From the NCBI GenBank assembly GCA_002327925.1, contig DCVA01000043.1, positions 5,948 to 69,947 on the forward strand: DNA of 64,000 bases, written 5' to 3'. Position numbers and translations under genes: made by a program. Shown here piece by piece: positions 26,151-35,524 of the stretch; position 1 is the first letter of the stretch, and the number at the start of each line of letters is the position of its first letter. The notes under the pieces were generated by a model. It saw only the letters and a program-made list of their open reading frames with translations, did not search any database and was not told the DNA's origin. This DNA is from Anaerolineales bacterium UBA2200. Lineage in GTDB: Bacteria > Chloroflexota > Anaerolineae > UBA2200.

Positions 26151-27458
26151 GTGCCAAGACGCCTGCTATGTGTTACGATCCTGCTGATTGTGCTTTCCCT
26201 GGCCGCCTGTTCGCAGAACACGGCGGCGCCCCCCACCGCAACGCGAGTCGGTCAGCCGACCGACACGCCCGTGCCGCCAACCGGCACACCCGGCGATGGT
26301 GAGGTGGAGATGGGATTCACCTCGGAGGGCTTTCCGTACAAAGGCAATGCGAATTCCCCGGTGACGCTCTGGGAGTTCTCAGAATTCCAGTGACCGTTTT
26401 GCGCCCGTCACGCCAACGAGACGGGCCCGCTTCTGTATGAAGCGTATGTCAAGACCGGCAAGGTAAAGATCGTCTTTGTGCAGTCGCCGCTGGAGTCGAT
26501 TCACCCGCAGGCACGTAAAGCGGGAGAAGCATCGCTCTGTGCTGCCCGGCAGGGCATCGAGTTCTTCTGGAGCATCCACGACCGGCTGTTTGCCGGCACG
26601 GGTGACTGGAGCGGCCTGGGAACCGCGACCGATGTCTTCAAGGGCTATGCATCAGAGCTGGGGCTGGATCTCGCCCGGTTCAGCGCTTGCCTGGATGCGG
26701 GCGAGACGACGGCTGAGCTGAACACCCAGATACAGTATGCCTACACCAACGGGGTGAGCGGAGTCCCCTACTTCCTGGTGAACGACTGGCCTGTCTCCGG
26801 GGCGCAGGCCTATAGCGTGTTCCAGAGCGCCATCGAGAAGGCACTGGCCGGCGAGCATCCACCGCCAACGCCCACACCCCTGCCCGAAGGCAAGAGCTGG
26901 CTCGACGTCAATCCGGACAAGCCCGGCTACACCTATGGCGGGGATGCGTACCGAGGTGAGGAAACGGCGCAAGTTGTGGTCTTCCAGTTCATCGACTTTG
27001 CCTCGGCCGACAACCGCACGGTTGTCGTGGAGACATGGCCAGAGCTGGAGAAGCAGTACCTGGAAAGCGGAAAGGTGCGCCTGGTAATCAAGCACCTGCC
27101 CCTTGCCAGTCAGCCCACGGCCGTGCTGGCCTCGGAGGTTGCTGAGTGCGCTGGCCAGCAGAATGCCTTCTGGCCGATGTATGGTCTGCTGTTCCAGAGT
27201 CAGAGCGAATGGAGTAGTCTGGAGGACGCGACGGCTGTCTTCAAGCGCTTTGCCTCAGAGCTCAAGCTGAACGACGCGGCCTTTGCCGCCTGTCTGCAGG
27301 ATGACGAAGCCAGAGCAAAGGTAGAGTCCGATATGGACATTGGCGTACAAAACGGCTTCCCTGCCGCACCCGTGTTCTTCATCTTCAAAGGCGACGAGGG
27401 TGGGTATGTGCAGACAGATCAACTGCGGACGGCAATCGACGAGTTCCTGACCGAGTAG
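26151..27458 (+). CDS. Two-domain DsbA/thioredoxin-fold lipoprotein with in-frame TGA: putative selenoprotein (U-P-F-C)
   Basis: Track ORFs 26151-26393 and 26478-27458 are in one frame. Read through, it gives WEFSEFQ-U-PFCARHANET...GKVKIVF. Lipobox LAAC, cis-Pro loop GVSGVP and SD GGAGG. Confidence 0.88.
26403..26426 (+). promoter_or_regulatory. Putative SECIS hairpin of the DsbA-like selenoprotein
   Basis: 7-bp stem GCCCGTC/GACGGGC beginning 9 nt after the UGA, with a small CG-CCAA-CG apical hairpin. Confidence 0.55.
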
Positions 27459-27480
27459 ACACTCGTCTAGCAGGACAATG

Positions 27481-27520
27481 AAACAGCCTCCCGCCGGCTC
27501 TGCCGGCGGGAGGCTGTTTT
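27481..27520. terminator. Bidirectional intrinsic terminator
   Basis: Perfect 18-bp inverted repeat AAACAGCCTCCCGCCGGC-TCT-GCCGGCGGGAGGCTGTTT between convergent genes. Confidence 0.9.
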
Positions 27521-27526
27521 CGTGGA

Positions 27527-28528
27527 CTACTCGGTGATGCTGAACGTGGCCAGGAGCAGATTGAACAACGGATCGTACTCGTGGCCCGAGGAGCTGAGCT
27601 GAATGCGGTACTCGCGCCTTCCGCTGATTGTGTAGATTACATCGTACGCACCATAGAATGGCTGGCCGGCGGTGTAGCGTATGCCAGGCCGGCCTCCAAC
27701 GACCACCGTGGCCTGTCTGTAGCCCATCTTGGCCAGGCTCTCCATTTCCGCAACGCTGGGCTGATCGGACACAGTGATCCACACCTCCGCATCCTTCTCC
27801 CCGGGCAACTGACCTGGAGTCTGCACCTGGTACGTGCTCAGCTTGGTTGCAGCGGGTGGCGCAGGCATGACTGAGCCCTGGTTGAGGTGCCAACTCGGGG
27901 GGTACCTCAGGGCAAAGCCATGTGTTGCATTGGTGAACGTCTGCCAGCCGTCCAGCTCGGGCGCGGCAACCAGCACCACAGGCGCGGTCACCAGACTGTT
28001 GGGCGATCCATCTTTGGGGCTGGGCTCATAGGCCTGCAGAGTGGCCTGAATCGGCACTGCCGGTGGGGGATAGAAGAGGTCGACCGCGAACTCGCCCCAC
28101 TCGGGAGCACCGGCGGAGGTGCGAACGTAACCAGTGGCCAGAATATCGCCTGCTGGTCCCACCAGCTCAACCACGAGCATTGCCTCGAATACCTGCGCCT
28201 TGCCCGCAACGCGCACGACACCAGGTGACAGTTCAGAGGGGCTGACCTGGCTTAGAATGATGCGTGCCTCTGGCGTCGGTTTGGCAGCCGGTGTCAAGGG
28301 CGGGGTGATCGTAACATCTGGTGAAGGAGTCGAGGTGGGCAGGGCCGTAGTGGGGATCGTGGTGACGGTCGCAGCCAGGGTGGCACTGGGAGGCGGTGTG
28401 GTCGGTGCGGGCAAGGTCAGAGTCGGTGAGACGGGCGTGGATACCGGCACGGTTGGCCGGGACCCACAGGCCGCTGCCAGCAGCAAAACAGAGACAGCCA
28501 GAGCGAGCAGTCGCAGGCGTTTTCTCAT
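27527..28528 (-). CDS. Lipoprotein with a Gmad2 immunoglobulin-like domain and a PsbP-like C-terminal domain
   Basis: Lipobox LAAAC and a PT-rich linker. V.GKAQVFEA...GAPEWGEF and SPKDGS, then WQTFTN..HGFALRYPPSW. SD AAGGAG before ATG 28528. Confidence 0.8.
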   Translation of the reverse strand: MRKRLRLLALAVSVLLLAAACGSRPTVPVSTPVSPTLTLPAPTTPPPSATLAATVTTIPTTALPTSTPSPDVTITPPLTPAAKPTPEARIILSQVSPSELSPGVVRVAGKAQVFEAMLVVELVGPAGDILATGYVRTSAGAPEWGEFAVDLFYPPPAVPIQATLQAYEPSPKDGSPNSLVTAPVVLVAAPELDGWQTFTNATHGFALRYPPSWHLNQGSVMPAPPAATKLSTYQVQTPGQLPGEKDAEVWITVSDQPSVAEMESLAKMGYRQATVVVGGRPGIRYTAGQPFYGAYDVIYTISGRREYRIQLSSSGHEYDPLFNLLLATFSITE

Positions 28529-28709
28529 TGGCGTTTCTCCTTGCCGCTGATTATACACCAGAGGGCACAAAATGCCTGAGCGAGCTTCCGCCATCGCTTC
28601 GCAGTGAGCCAGTCCTCTCTGCGACTCGCTGAGTGGAGGATGCCCACTCCACTCCCACGGGCAGGCGGACGATTCTCGCTCACGGACGAGGATATCCCGA
28701 TCCCTACGC

Positions 28710-28738
28710 TTGACCGCCTCGCGCGATGGCGCTACAAT
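28710..28738 (+). promoter_or_regulatory. rnpB promoter TTGACC-17-TACAAT
   Basis: Hexamers immediately upstream of the RNase P RNA. Confidence 0.75.
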
Positions 28739-28749
28739 GGTGTGGGTGT

Positions 28750-29159
28750 CCGAGCAGGCCGGGCAATCGCTCGTCCCCTTGTGGGACGGGAGGAAAGTCC
28801 GAGCTCCATAGAGCACGATGCTGGGTAACTCCCAGGCGGGGCGACCCGACGGCACAGTGCAACAGAAAGCAGGTCGTCCCGCAGCCCAAACCGCTGCGGG
28901 ATAAGAGTGCAACGGTGGTGTAAGAGACCACCAGCGGGTCAGGTGACTGGCCCGGCTAGGCAAACCCCATCGGGAGCAAGGTCGAACAGAGGGTGGTGTG
29001 CCGGCGGCAGTACCGCTGGCTCGCCCGGGGTGGCTCGCCTCGTTACCTTCGGGTAGACCGCTTGAGGCGGCGGGTAACCGTCGTCCCAGAGAGATGATTG
29101 CCGCCTTGCAGCGGCTTCGCCGGTGCAAGGCACAGAACTCGGCTTATAGGCCTGGTCGG
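28750..29159 (+). ncRNA. rnpB: RNase P RNA
   Basis: Universal motifs GAGGAAAGTCC, AGTGCAACAGAAA, GGCAAACCCC, GAGCAAG and ACAGAACTCGGCTTA. The 5' and 3' ends pair as P1. Confidence 0.97.
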
Positions 29160-29225
29160 CCCCATCCCTTGCCGCGACAAGGCATGTTCGAACCTTAAAA
29201 CCGGACCGTTTCCCCACCGCCGTAC

Positions 29226-29254
29226 TTTACAAAATCACCAAAGTGTGCTAGTAT
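29226..29254 (+). promoter_or_regulatory. dcw promoter TTTACA-17-TAGTAT (extended -10)
   Basis: Hexamers with a TG upstream of -10, ahead of mraZ. Confidence 0.65.
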
Positions 29255-29255
29255 C

Positions 29256-29281
29256 GTGGTGGAAAATGGAGCAGAGTGGAG
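29256..29281 (+). promoter_or_regulatory. MraZ binding repeats (3 x RTGGWG, 10-nt period)
   Basis: GTGGTG-N4-ATGGAG-N4-GTGGAG, matching the known GTGGAG-N4 MraZ operator layout. Confidence 0.7.
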
Positions 29282-29335
29282 TGATTGTTCACTGATCTGG
29301 CAGATTCCAGCGGCTCCAGTGGGGATGTGGAACAC

Positions 29336-29770
29336 ATGTTCTACGGTCGGTTCGGACACAGCATTGACGACAAGGGGCGACTCATTTTGCCGTCCAAGGT
29401 CAGAATCGACCTGGGCCTTGGAGTCTACGCGACCCGCGGAATAGATCACTGCCTCTACCTGTACCCTCGCGCAGAGTGGGAGCGTCTCTCGGACAAGATG
29501 CGCCAGCTTCCGCTCACCAACAAAGATGCCCGCCAGTTTCGTCGTTTCTTCTACGGAGAGGCGTCTGAGCTCGAAGTTGACAAGCAAGGACGCATTCTCA
29601 TTCCCGCTTACCTCCGCGAGTATGCCGGCTTGAAGACGGAGGTTGTACTCATCGGGGCCGAGGACCACCTTGAGGTCTGGAATGCGGAAGCTTATAAGCA
29701 GGAGAACACGGCCCTTGAGCAAGACCCGGAGGCTCTGGCGCAGAAACTGAGCGTTCTCGGGATCCTATGA
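29336..29770 (+). CDS. mraZ: Division/cell wall cluster transcriptional repressor MraZ
   Basis: [26 protein letters not shown] and [10 protein letters not shown]. Confidence 0.96.
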   Translation: MFYGRFGHSIDDKGRLILPSKVRIDLGLGVYATRGIDHCLYLYPRAEWERLSDKMRQLPLTNKDARQFRRFFYGEASELEVDKQGRILIPAYLREYAGLKTEVVLIGAEDHLEVWNAEAYKQENTALEQDPEALAQKLSVLGIL

Positions 29771-30735
29771 GTCGTCACCGGCGACGAGACGAACCATCCG
29801 CCGCCAGCGTTTCCGACTTGGCGACAGGGCGCGCGCATGAGCCAGTGCTCTACGACGAAGTGCTCGCGGCGCTCTTGCCCCGGGCTGGCGGTTGTTACGT
29901 CGACGGTACGATTGGCGGGGGTGGGCACGCCAGAGGCATCCTGGAGCGCTCCGCTCCTGACGGGCGCTTACTGGGCATTGACCGAGACGAGCAGGCACTG
30001 GCTGTGGCACGTGAAGAACTCGGCAGTTTCGGCGACCGCTTGACTCTCAAGCATGGCAACTTTGCCGCGATTGGGAGGCTGGTTCGCGAAGCTGGGTTCT
30101 TCCCTGCTGACGGCATCTTGCTGGATATCGGGGTCAGCTCGATGCAGCTATCCGCGGCCAACCGGGGTTTTTCTTTTATGCACGACGGGCCGCTCGATAT
30201 GCGCATGGATCTGCAGTCTGAGGTGACAGCTGAGTCACTCGTCAACAGGCTGTCGGAAAGCGAGCTGGCCGACCTGATCTATGAGTATGGGGAGGAGAGG
30301 CAGTCGAGGCGGATCGCGCGGGCGATCGTCATGGCGCGGCCCTTGCGCACGACGACTGAGTTGGCCGATGCTGTGGCCGGCGCAGTGCCGCGACGTGGAC
30401 GGCTGCACCCGGCGACTCGCACCTTCCAGGCCCTGCGGATTGCAGCGAATGATGAGCTCGAGGCACTCGCGGAGGGATTGCGCGGCGCGACGCAGGTTCT
30501 GGCTCCGGGGGCCAGGCTGGCTGTGATCAGTTTTCACAGCCTTGAAGACAGGCTAGTCAAGAACTACTTTCGCCAGGAATCGGTTGCGGCCGAGAATGGT
30601 CACGGCGAACCGTCCCTGCGGGTGATTACGCGCCACCCACTGCAGCCGACCAGAGAGGAGCAGGAGCGTAACCCGCGCAGCCGCAGCGCCAAGCTGAGGG
30701 TGGTGGAGCGGATCGGGTCAGCGGATACGGGCTGA
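29767..30735 (+). CDS. rsmH: 16S rRNA m4C1402 methyltransferase
   Basis: [52 protein letters not shown] and [10 protein letters not shown]. Confidence 0.97.
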   Translation: MSRHRRRDEPSAASVSDLATGRAHEPVLYDEVLAALLPRAGGCYVDGTIGGGGHARGILERSAPDGRLLGIDRDEQALAVAREELGSFGDRLTLKHGNFAAIGRLVREAGFFPADGILLDIGVSSMQLSAANRGFSFMHDGPLDMRMDLQSEVTAESLVNRLSESELADLIYEYGEERQSRRIARAIVMARPLRTTTELADAVAGAVPRRGRLHPATRTFQALRIAANDELEALAEGLRGATQVLAPGARLAVISFHSLEDRLVKNYFRQESVAAENGHGEPSLRVITRHPLQPTREEQERNPRSRSAKLRVVERIGSADTG

Positions 30736-30763
30736 TGTGACCGATGAATCGACGAGGTGAACC

Positions 30764-31240
30764 ATGTCTGGCGGTCCAATGACGGTGCGCAGCGATAGCG
30801 TGGTTGAACGAATCATGGCGCCCTGGTGGAAGAACCTGGGCGTCTGGGTCTACGCGCCCGTCATGATCATTGTCGTAAGCGTGCTTATCTTCATATATCT
30901 GATGCAGGCGAGCTATGTGGCCGGGCAAGCCGAGACCATGGCCGAGCTGGAGCAAGAACTGCACACGGTCAAACAGGCCATCAGTCAGACTCGCCTGAAG
31001 ATTGCAGCGCACGAGGGCGTGGAGCGCATCCGATCTGAAGCGCGCGCCATGGGACTTGGAGAGCCAGACCACATTGACTATATCGAAGTGTTGGTGGCCA
31101 GCGCACAGCCAGAAGACCAGGTTGCGTACGGGCCGGGATGGTCGCCGCAGGCCTCGTCCACTGAGGGTGGGTTGTTCTCTGCGGCCCTGCAGCAGTTCAG
31201 GAACTGGACTCGCCCTGCAGATGACGGGCAATCGCGTTAG
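30764..31240 (+). CDS. ftsL: FtsL-like cell division protein
   Basis: Single TM followed by a coiled coil (ELEQELHTVKQ...ERIRSEARAMGL), in the canonical position between rsmH and the PBP. Confidence 0.75.
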   Translation: MSGGPMTVRSDSVVERIMAPWWKNLGVWVYAPVMIIVVSVLIFIYLMQASYVAGQAETMAELEQELHTVKQAISQTRLKIAAHEGVERIRSEARAMGLGEPDHIDYIEVLVASAQPEDQVAYGPGWSPQASSTEGGLFSAALQQFRNWTRPADDGQSR

Positions 31241-31302
31241 CCGCCGCCTCGCTGCAGGCGAAGGCCGGCGATAGAGTCTATCGAGGAAAAGGGGATGCGC
31301 GG

Positions 31303-32988
31303 ATGAACTCCGCGAGACAGGCCCAACTATACCGTCGCATGCTGGCAGTGGGCGCATTCTTCCTTCTGATCGGAGGGTTGGCAGTCGCCAAGCTTGCATC
31401 GCTGCAAGGCCTGCCTGCGGTGCAGGCGCTGCCCGAAAGCGATGAGTCGCGCTCCTTTGAGCCGCAGCGTGGCAGCATATTCGACGCACATGGTTACCTT
31501 CTGGCTGTCTCGACAACAGTCTACGACCTGGCCGCCCTGCCTGCGAACATCACGGACACCCTCTCGACGGCTGGATTACTGTCCGAGGTACTTCATCGAC
31601 CCAGCCTGGATCTGCTGCAGCTGCTGCAACAGGGAAAGACCTACATTCGCATTCAGCGCGGGGTGAGTCAGGAGCAAGCCGACACGATACTGAGCTGGAA
31701 GCGATCTGGCCTGCAAGCCGAACCTCGCTCGACACGAGTGTACCCGAATGGGGCGCTGGCGGTTTGTGCGCTCGGCTTCGTTACCGAGTCCGGGGTCGCT
31801 TCCCATGGTATCGAGGCCAAGTACGACGATGAGCTGGGCGGGGAGCCCGGGTATCGGGTGCCAGACCGGGATTCGATGGGTGGATTGGTATACCGTTATT
31901 ACCCGCCTCACGACGGTGTGGACCTCTACCTTACACTGGATCGCAACATCCAGCACGTGGTTGAGCAGGCCCTCGAACGGGGCGTGAGGAGTACCATGGC
32001 GTCAAAAGGGATCGCCGTGGTAATGGATCCCCGGACCGGCGCAATTCTGGCCATGGCTGTCTTGCCGGACTATGACCCGAATACGCGGATTGTGTCAGAT
32101 GAGAGCATCTTTGTGAACAGTGCTGTGAGCGAAGCGTATGAGCCTGGATCGGTGTTCAAGGTGATCACGGTTGTGTCCGCCCTGGACGCGGGCACGATCA
32201 ATGCCTCGAGCACCTACTATGACAGCGGCGAGATACTGGTGGGCGGAAGGCCCATTCGCAACTCGGACCTGAAGGCACATGGAGAGACCAGTATACGTGA
32301 CCTGCTGGCCAAATCGCTGAATGTCGGTTCCGCTACCGTCAGCGGGCGGATGGGAGCGAAAAAGTTCTACGAGTATCTGAGCCGGTTCCGCTTCGGCCAA
32401 CTGACGGGTATTGACCTGGCGCTTGAGACTTCAGGCTGGGTGCGAATGCCAGGCAACCCGGAGTGGCATGAGAGCGACCTGGCAACCAACTCGTATGGTC
32501 AGGGCCTGGCGGTGACACCGCTGCAGATGATCAGCGCCATCGCTGCGGTCGCCAACCACGGGGTGATGATGCGCCCCTACGTAGTCGCGCGCCAGGTCGA
32601 CGGGAGCCAAGTCACGGAAGTGTCCCCTCAAGTACTGCGACAGGTCGTCTCCTCGGAGGCGGCGTCAGAGGTTACGGATATACTCGTCTATGCGGCTGAG
32701 ACGGTAGCCGACATCGTGGGCGTCTCCGGCTACAGCGTCGCGGGCAAGTCGGGGACTTCCGAAGTCTACACTTCGAGCGGGGGGGTCGATCCGAACGAGA
32801 CGGTGGCCTCCTTTGCAGGTTACGCTCCGGCCGACGATCCCAGGTTCGCCATACTGGTGGTGCTGGACCGGCCGCAGCTCGAGCACTATGGAACCCGCGC
32901 GGCGGGGCCTGTGTTCCAGGAGATAGCCGAGGAGATGCTGAGCCTCATGGGGGTGCCGCCAGACAACGTGCGCACCGGAAACCGCTAG
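31303..32988 (+). CDS. ftsI: Class B penicillin-binding protein (FtsI/PBP2-like)
   Basis: PQRGSIFD, YEPGSVFK (SxxK), SLN (SxN) and AGKSGT (KSG). Confidence 0.92.
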   Translation: MNSARQAQLYRRMLAVGAFFLLIGGLAVAKLASLQGLPAVQALPESDESRSFEPQRGSIFDAHGYLLAVSTTVYDLAALPANITDTLSTAGLLSEVLHRPSLDLLQLLQQGKTYIRIQRGVSQEQADTILSWKRSGLQAEPRSTRVYPNGALAVCALGFVTESGVASHGIEAKYDDELGGEPGYRVPDRDSMGGLVYRYYPPHDGVDLYLTLDRNIQHVVEQALERGVRSTMASKGIAVVMDPRTGAILAMAVLPDYDPNTRIVSDESIFVNSAVSEAYEPGSVFKVITVVSALDAGTINASSTYYDSGEILVGGRPIRNSDLKAHGETSIRDLLAKSLNVGSATVSGRMGAKKFYEYLSRFRFGQLTGIDLALETSGWVRMPGNPEWHESDLATNSYGQGLAVTPLQMISAIAAVANHGVMMRPYVVARQVDGSQVTEVSPQVLRQVVSSEAASEVTDILVYAAETVADIVGVSGYSVAGKSGTSEVYTSSGGVDPNETVASFAGYAPADDPRFAILVVLDRPQLEHYGTRAAGPVFQEIAEEMLSLMGVPPDNVRTGNR

Positions 32989-32998
32989 GCGCAGCGCC

Positions 32999-34477
32999 AT
33001 GCGCATGCATCTCGGGCACCTGTGGAGAGCTCTGGGTACGGGCATCTGGCCCTGGACGGATGGCCTGCATCCTCCGCTAACCGGAGTGGCGGTGGACTCG
33101 CGCCAGGTGGGGCGGGGAGATCTCTTTGTCGCGTTGCGCGGCGAACGGACCGATGGGCATCGCTTCGTCTGTGAGGCCTTTCGGCGCGGGGCCAGAGTGG
33201 CCCTTGTCGAGCGGGGTAACGAGGACTCTGCCGCCGGTGCTGTCGAGGCTGCTGCGACGGTGATCGACGCGGCGAAGGACCTGGCCGGGGGCGCGCCTCC
33301 GGAGATGCCGCTGTGCGTTCAAGTAACCAGCACGCTCACGGGTCTTCAGACACTGGCGGCAAGCTGGCGGGAGGCGCATCCGAACTGCCGCGTGGTCGGC
33401 GTGACCGGGAGCGTGGGCAAGACCACGACCACGCAACTGGTTGCAGCGGTGCTCGCCCAGCGCTTTGGCACGCGGTCAAGCCCGGAGAACTACAACAACG
33501 AGATAGGATTGCCACTCAGTGTGTTGCGGATTGAACCAGGAACAGAGTGGCTAGCTCAAGAGATGGCCATGTACGGTCTAGAAGAGATCCGGCGCCTGGC
33601 TGCCATTGCACGCCCGGAGGTTGGCGTTGTCACGAATGTCGGCCCGACTCATCTGGAGCGTCTGGGCACCATTGACCGAATCGCCGAGGCCAAGTCCGAG
33701 CTGGTTCAGACGCTGCCTCTCTATGGCCTTGCCGTGCTGAATGGCGATGACCCAAGGGTTCGGGCGATGTCCGAGCTTGCGACGGCGAGAAGGGTCCTCT
33801 ACTATGGCTTGGACGAGGGGAATGATCTCTGGGCCGACGAAGTGCAGGTGCTCGGGCTGGAGGGCACTGCTTTGCGTCTGCACTGGCGTGGCGAGTCCGT
33901 TCAAGTGCGGTTGCCGTTGATGGGCCGCCACATCGCCTATCCGGCTCTGGCAGCGGCGGCGGTTGGGCTCCACGCCGGACTCTCGTGGCCGGAGATCGCG
34001 GCCGGGCTGCAAGACCGCCAGGCCCAGGTAAGGTTACGCGCTCTGCCCGGCATTCGTGACACCACTGTCCTCGACGACAGTTACAATGCCAGCCCGATCT
34101 CCACAATCGCAGCGTTGGACCTGCTGGCTGAGATGCGGGGACGCAGGGTGGCCGTGCTGGGTGGCATGCTGGAGCTGGGATCCTATTCAGAAGAGGGCCA
34201 CAGGCTGGTGGGGCGGCGGGTTTCCGAGGCGGCCGATTTGCTCGTGGCAGTGGGTGACCTGGGGAGGTGGATCGCGGACGAAGCACTGCGGTGCGGGATG
34301 CGGGTTCATTCCGTGTACACGGTGGCGGACAACTCGGAGGCTTTGCGAACGCTCGAAAGAGTGCTGGAGAGTGGGGATTTCGTGCTGGTCAAGGGTTCCC
34401 GCGGCGTGGCTCTGGACGCGGTGGTCGACAGGCTGACTCAGCCCGGGTCGACCCCTCGGGCTGGCAGGGAGGCATAG
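32999..34477 (+). CDS. murF: UDP-MurNAc-tripeptide:D-Ala-D-Ala ligase
   Basis: GVTGSVGKTTT, NYNNEIGLP, NVGPTHLE, DDSYNASP, LGGMLELG and LVKGSRG. Confidence 0.95.
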   Translation: MRMHLGHLWRALGTGIWPWTDGLHPPLTGVAVDSRQVGRGDLFVALRGERTDGHRFVCEAFRRGARVALVERGNEDSAAGAVEAAATVIDAAKDLAGGAPPEMPLCVQVTSTLTGLQTLAASWREAHPNCRVVGVTGSVGKTTTTQLVAAVLAQRFGTRSSPENYNNEIGLPLSVLRIEPGTEWLAQEMAMYGLEEIRRLAAIARPEVGVVTNVGPTHLERLGTIDRIAEAKSELVQTLPLYGLAVLNGDDPRVRAMSELATARRVLYYGLDEGNDLWADEVQVLGLEGTALRLHWRGESVQVRLPLMGRHIAYPALAAAAVGLHAGLSWPEIAAGLQDRQAQVRLRALPGIRDTTVLDDSYNASPISTIAALDLLAEMRGRRVAVLGGMLELGSYSEEGHRLVGRRVSEAADLLVAVGDLGRWIADEALRCGMRVHSVYTVADNSEALRTLERVLESGDFVLVKGSRGVALDAVVDRLTQPGSTPRAGREA

Positions 34478-35433
34478 TGGCGCTGGCACTGCTGTGGGGG
34501 GTGGCATCGTTCTTGGTGGCGCTGCTGATAGGGAGTCCCCTGATCCGGGTGCTCAGGGAGCATCACCTGGGCAAGAACATCCGGCAAGATGGCCCTGCCT
34601 CGCACCTGGTGAAGCTGGGGACACCGACAATGGGTGGACTGATGATCCTCGCCCCTGTTGTTCTGTTCACGATGCTGGGTAATCTGGCAGGACGCCTGTC
34701 CATGCTGCTCCCGCTGGGAGTGATGCTCGCATTCGCAGTGCTCGGCCTGTACGACGACTGGACAGGGCTGCACGATAGAACCGGCGTCGGCATGATGGCC
34801 AGACTCAAGTTCCCGTGGCAGGTGTTTATCGGGGTGCTGGCCGCGGTCGGGTTGCGGGTCTACCTGGGGGTCGGGGTGACCGCCATTCCCGGACTTGACC
34901 GGACGGTGGACATCGGCTGGCTGTACGTCCCCGTGGCCACGTTTCTCATCGTTGGATGCGCGAATGCGGTGAACCTGACGGATGGGCTGGACGGCCTGGC
35001 TGGCGGAACGGGTGCCATCGCCTATCTGGCTTACGGTGTGATCGCCTATCTGCAGGAGCAGACCTTTCTGGCGGTGTTCTGCTTCACCGTGGTTGGCGCC
35101 CTGCTGGGGTTTCTGTGGTACAACGTACACCCGGCACAGGTATTCATGGGTGATGTGGGTGCCCTGTCGATTGGAGCGGCACTTGCCACAGTGGCGTTGA
35201 TGACTGGACAGTGGCTGCTTCTGGTGGTGGTCGGAGCGGTCTTTGTGGTTGAAACTTTGTCCGTGGCACTGCAGGTGAGCTATTTCAAGGCCACGCATGG
35301 ACTGCGGTTGTTCAGAATGGCACCCTTCCATCACCATCTTGAACTCTCCGGCTGGGAGGAGGTGCAGATCACGCAGCGTTTCTGGGTGATCGCCCTGGTT
35401 CTGGCGATGGCGGGGGTTGCCCTTGCCCTGTAG
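34477..35433 (+). CDS. mraY: Phospho-MurNAc-pentapeptide transferase
   Basis: K.GTPTMGG, GLYDD, NAVNLTDGLDGL, PAQVFMGDVG and MAPFHHHLEL.GW.E. Confidence 0.97.
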   Translation: MALALLWGVASFLVALLIGSPLIRVLREHHLGKNIRQDGPASHLVKLGTPTMGGLMILAPVVLFTMLGNLAGRLSMLLPLGVMLAFAVLGLYDDWTGLHDRTGVGMMARLKFPWQVFIGVLAAVGLRVYLGVGVTAIPGLDRTVDIGWLYVPVATFLIVGCANAVNLTDGLDGLAGGTGAIAYLAYGVIAYLQEQTFLAVFCFTVVGALLGFLWYNVHPAQVFMGDVGALSIGAALATVALMTGQWLLLVVVGAVFVVETLSVALQVSYFKATHGLRLFRMAPFHHHLELSGWEEVQITQRFWVIALVLAMAGVALAL

Positions 35434-35524
35434 TGAAGTCAGGGCGTGGTGGTGCGGAACAGGCGCGACTTGGCCCGGGGTGACCGGCTGAGTCCGAACC
35501 TGGCGTAGGGTTGGCTGGGTGGGA

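Noticed and set aside
28529-29128. 200-aa N-terminal extension of the Gmad2 lipoprotein ORF
   Set aside because: It is antisense to RNase P RNA. The true start is ATG 28528, with an SD and signal peptide.
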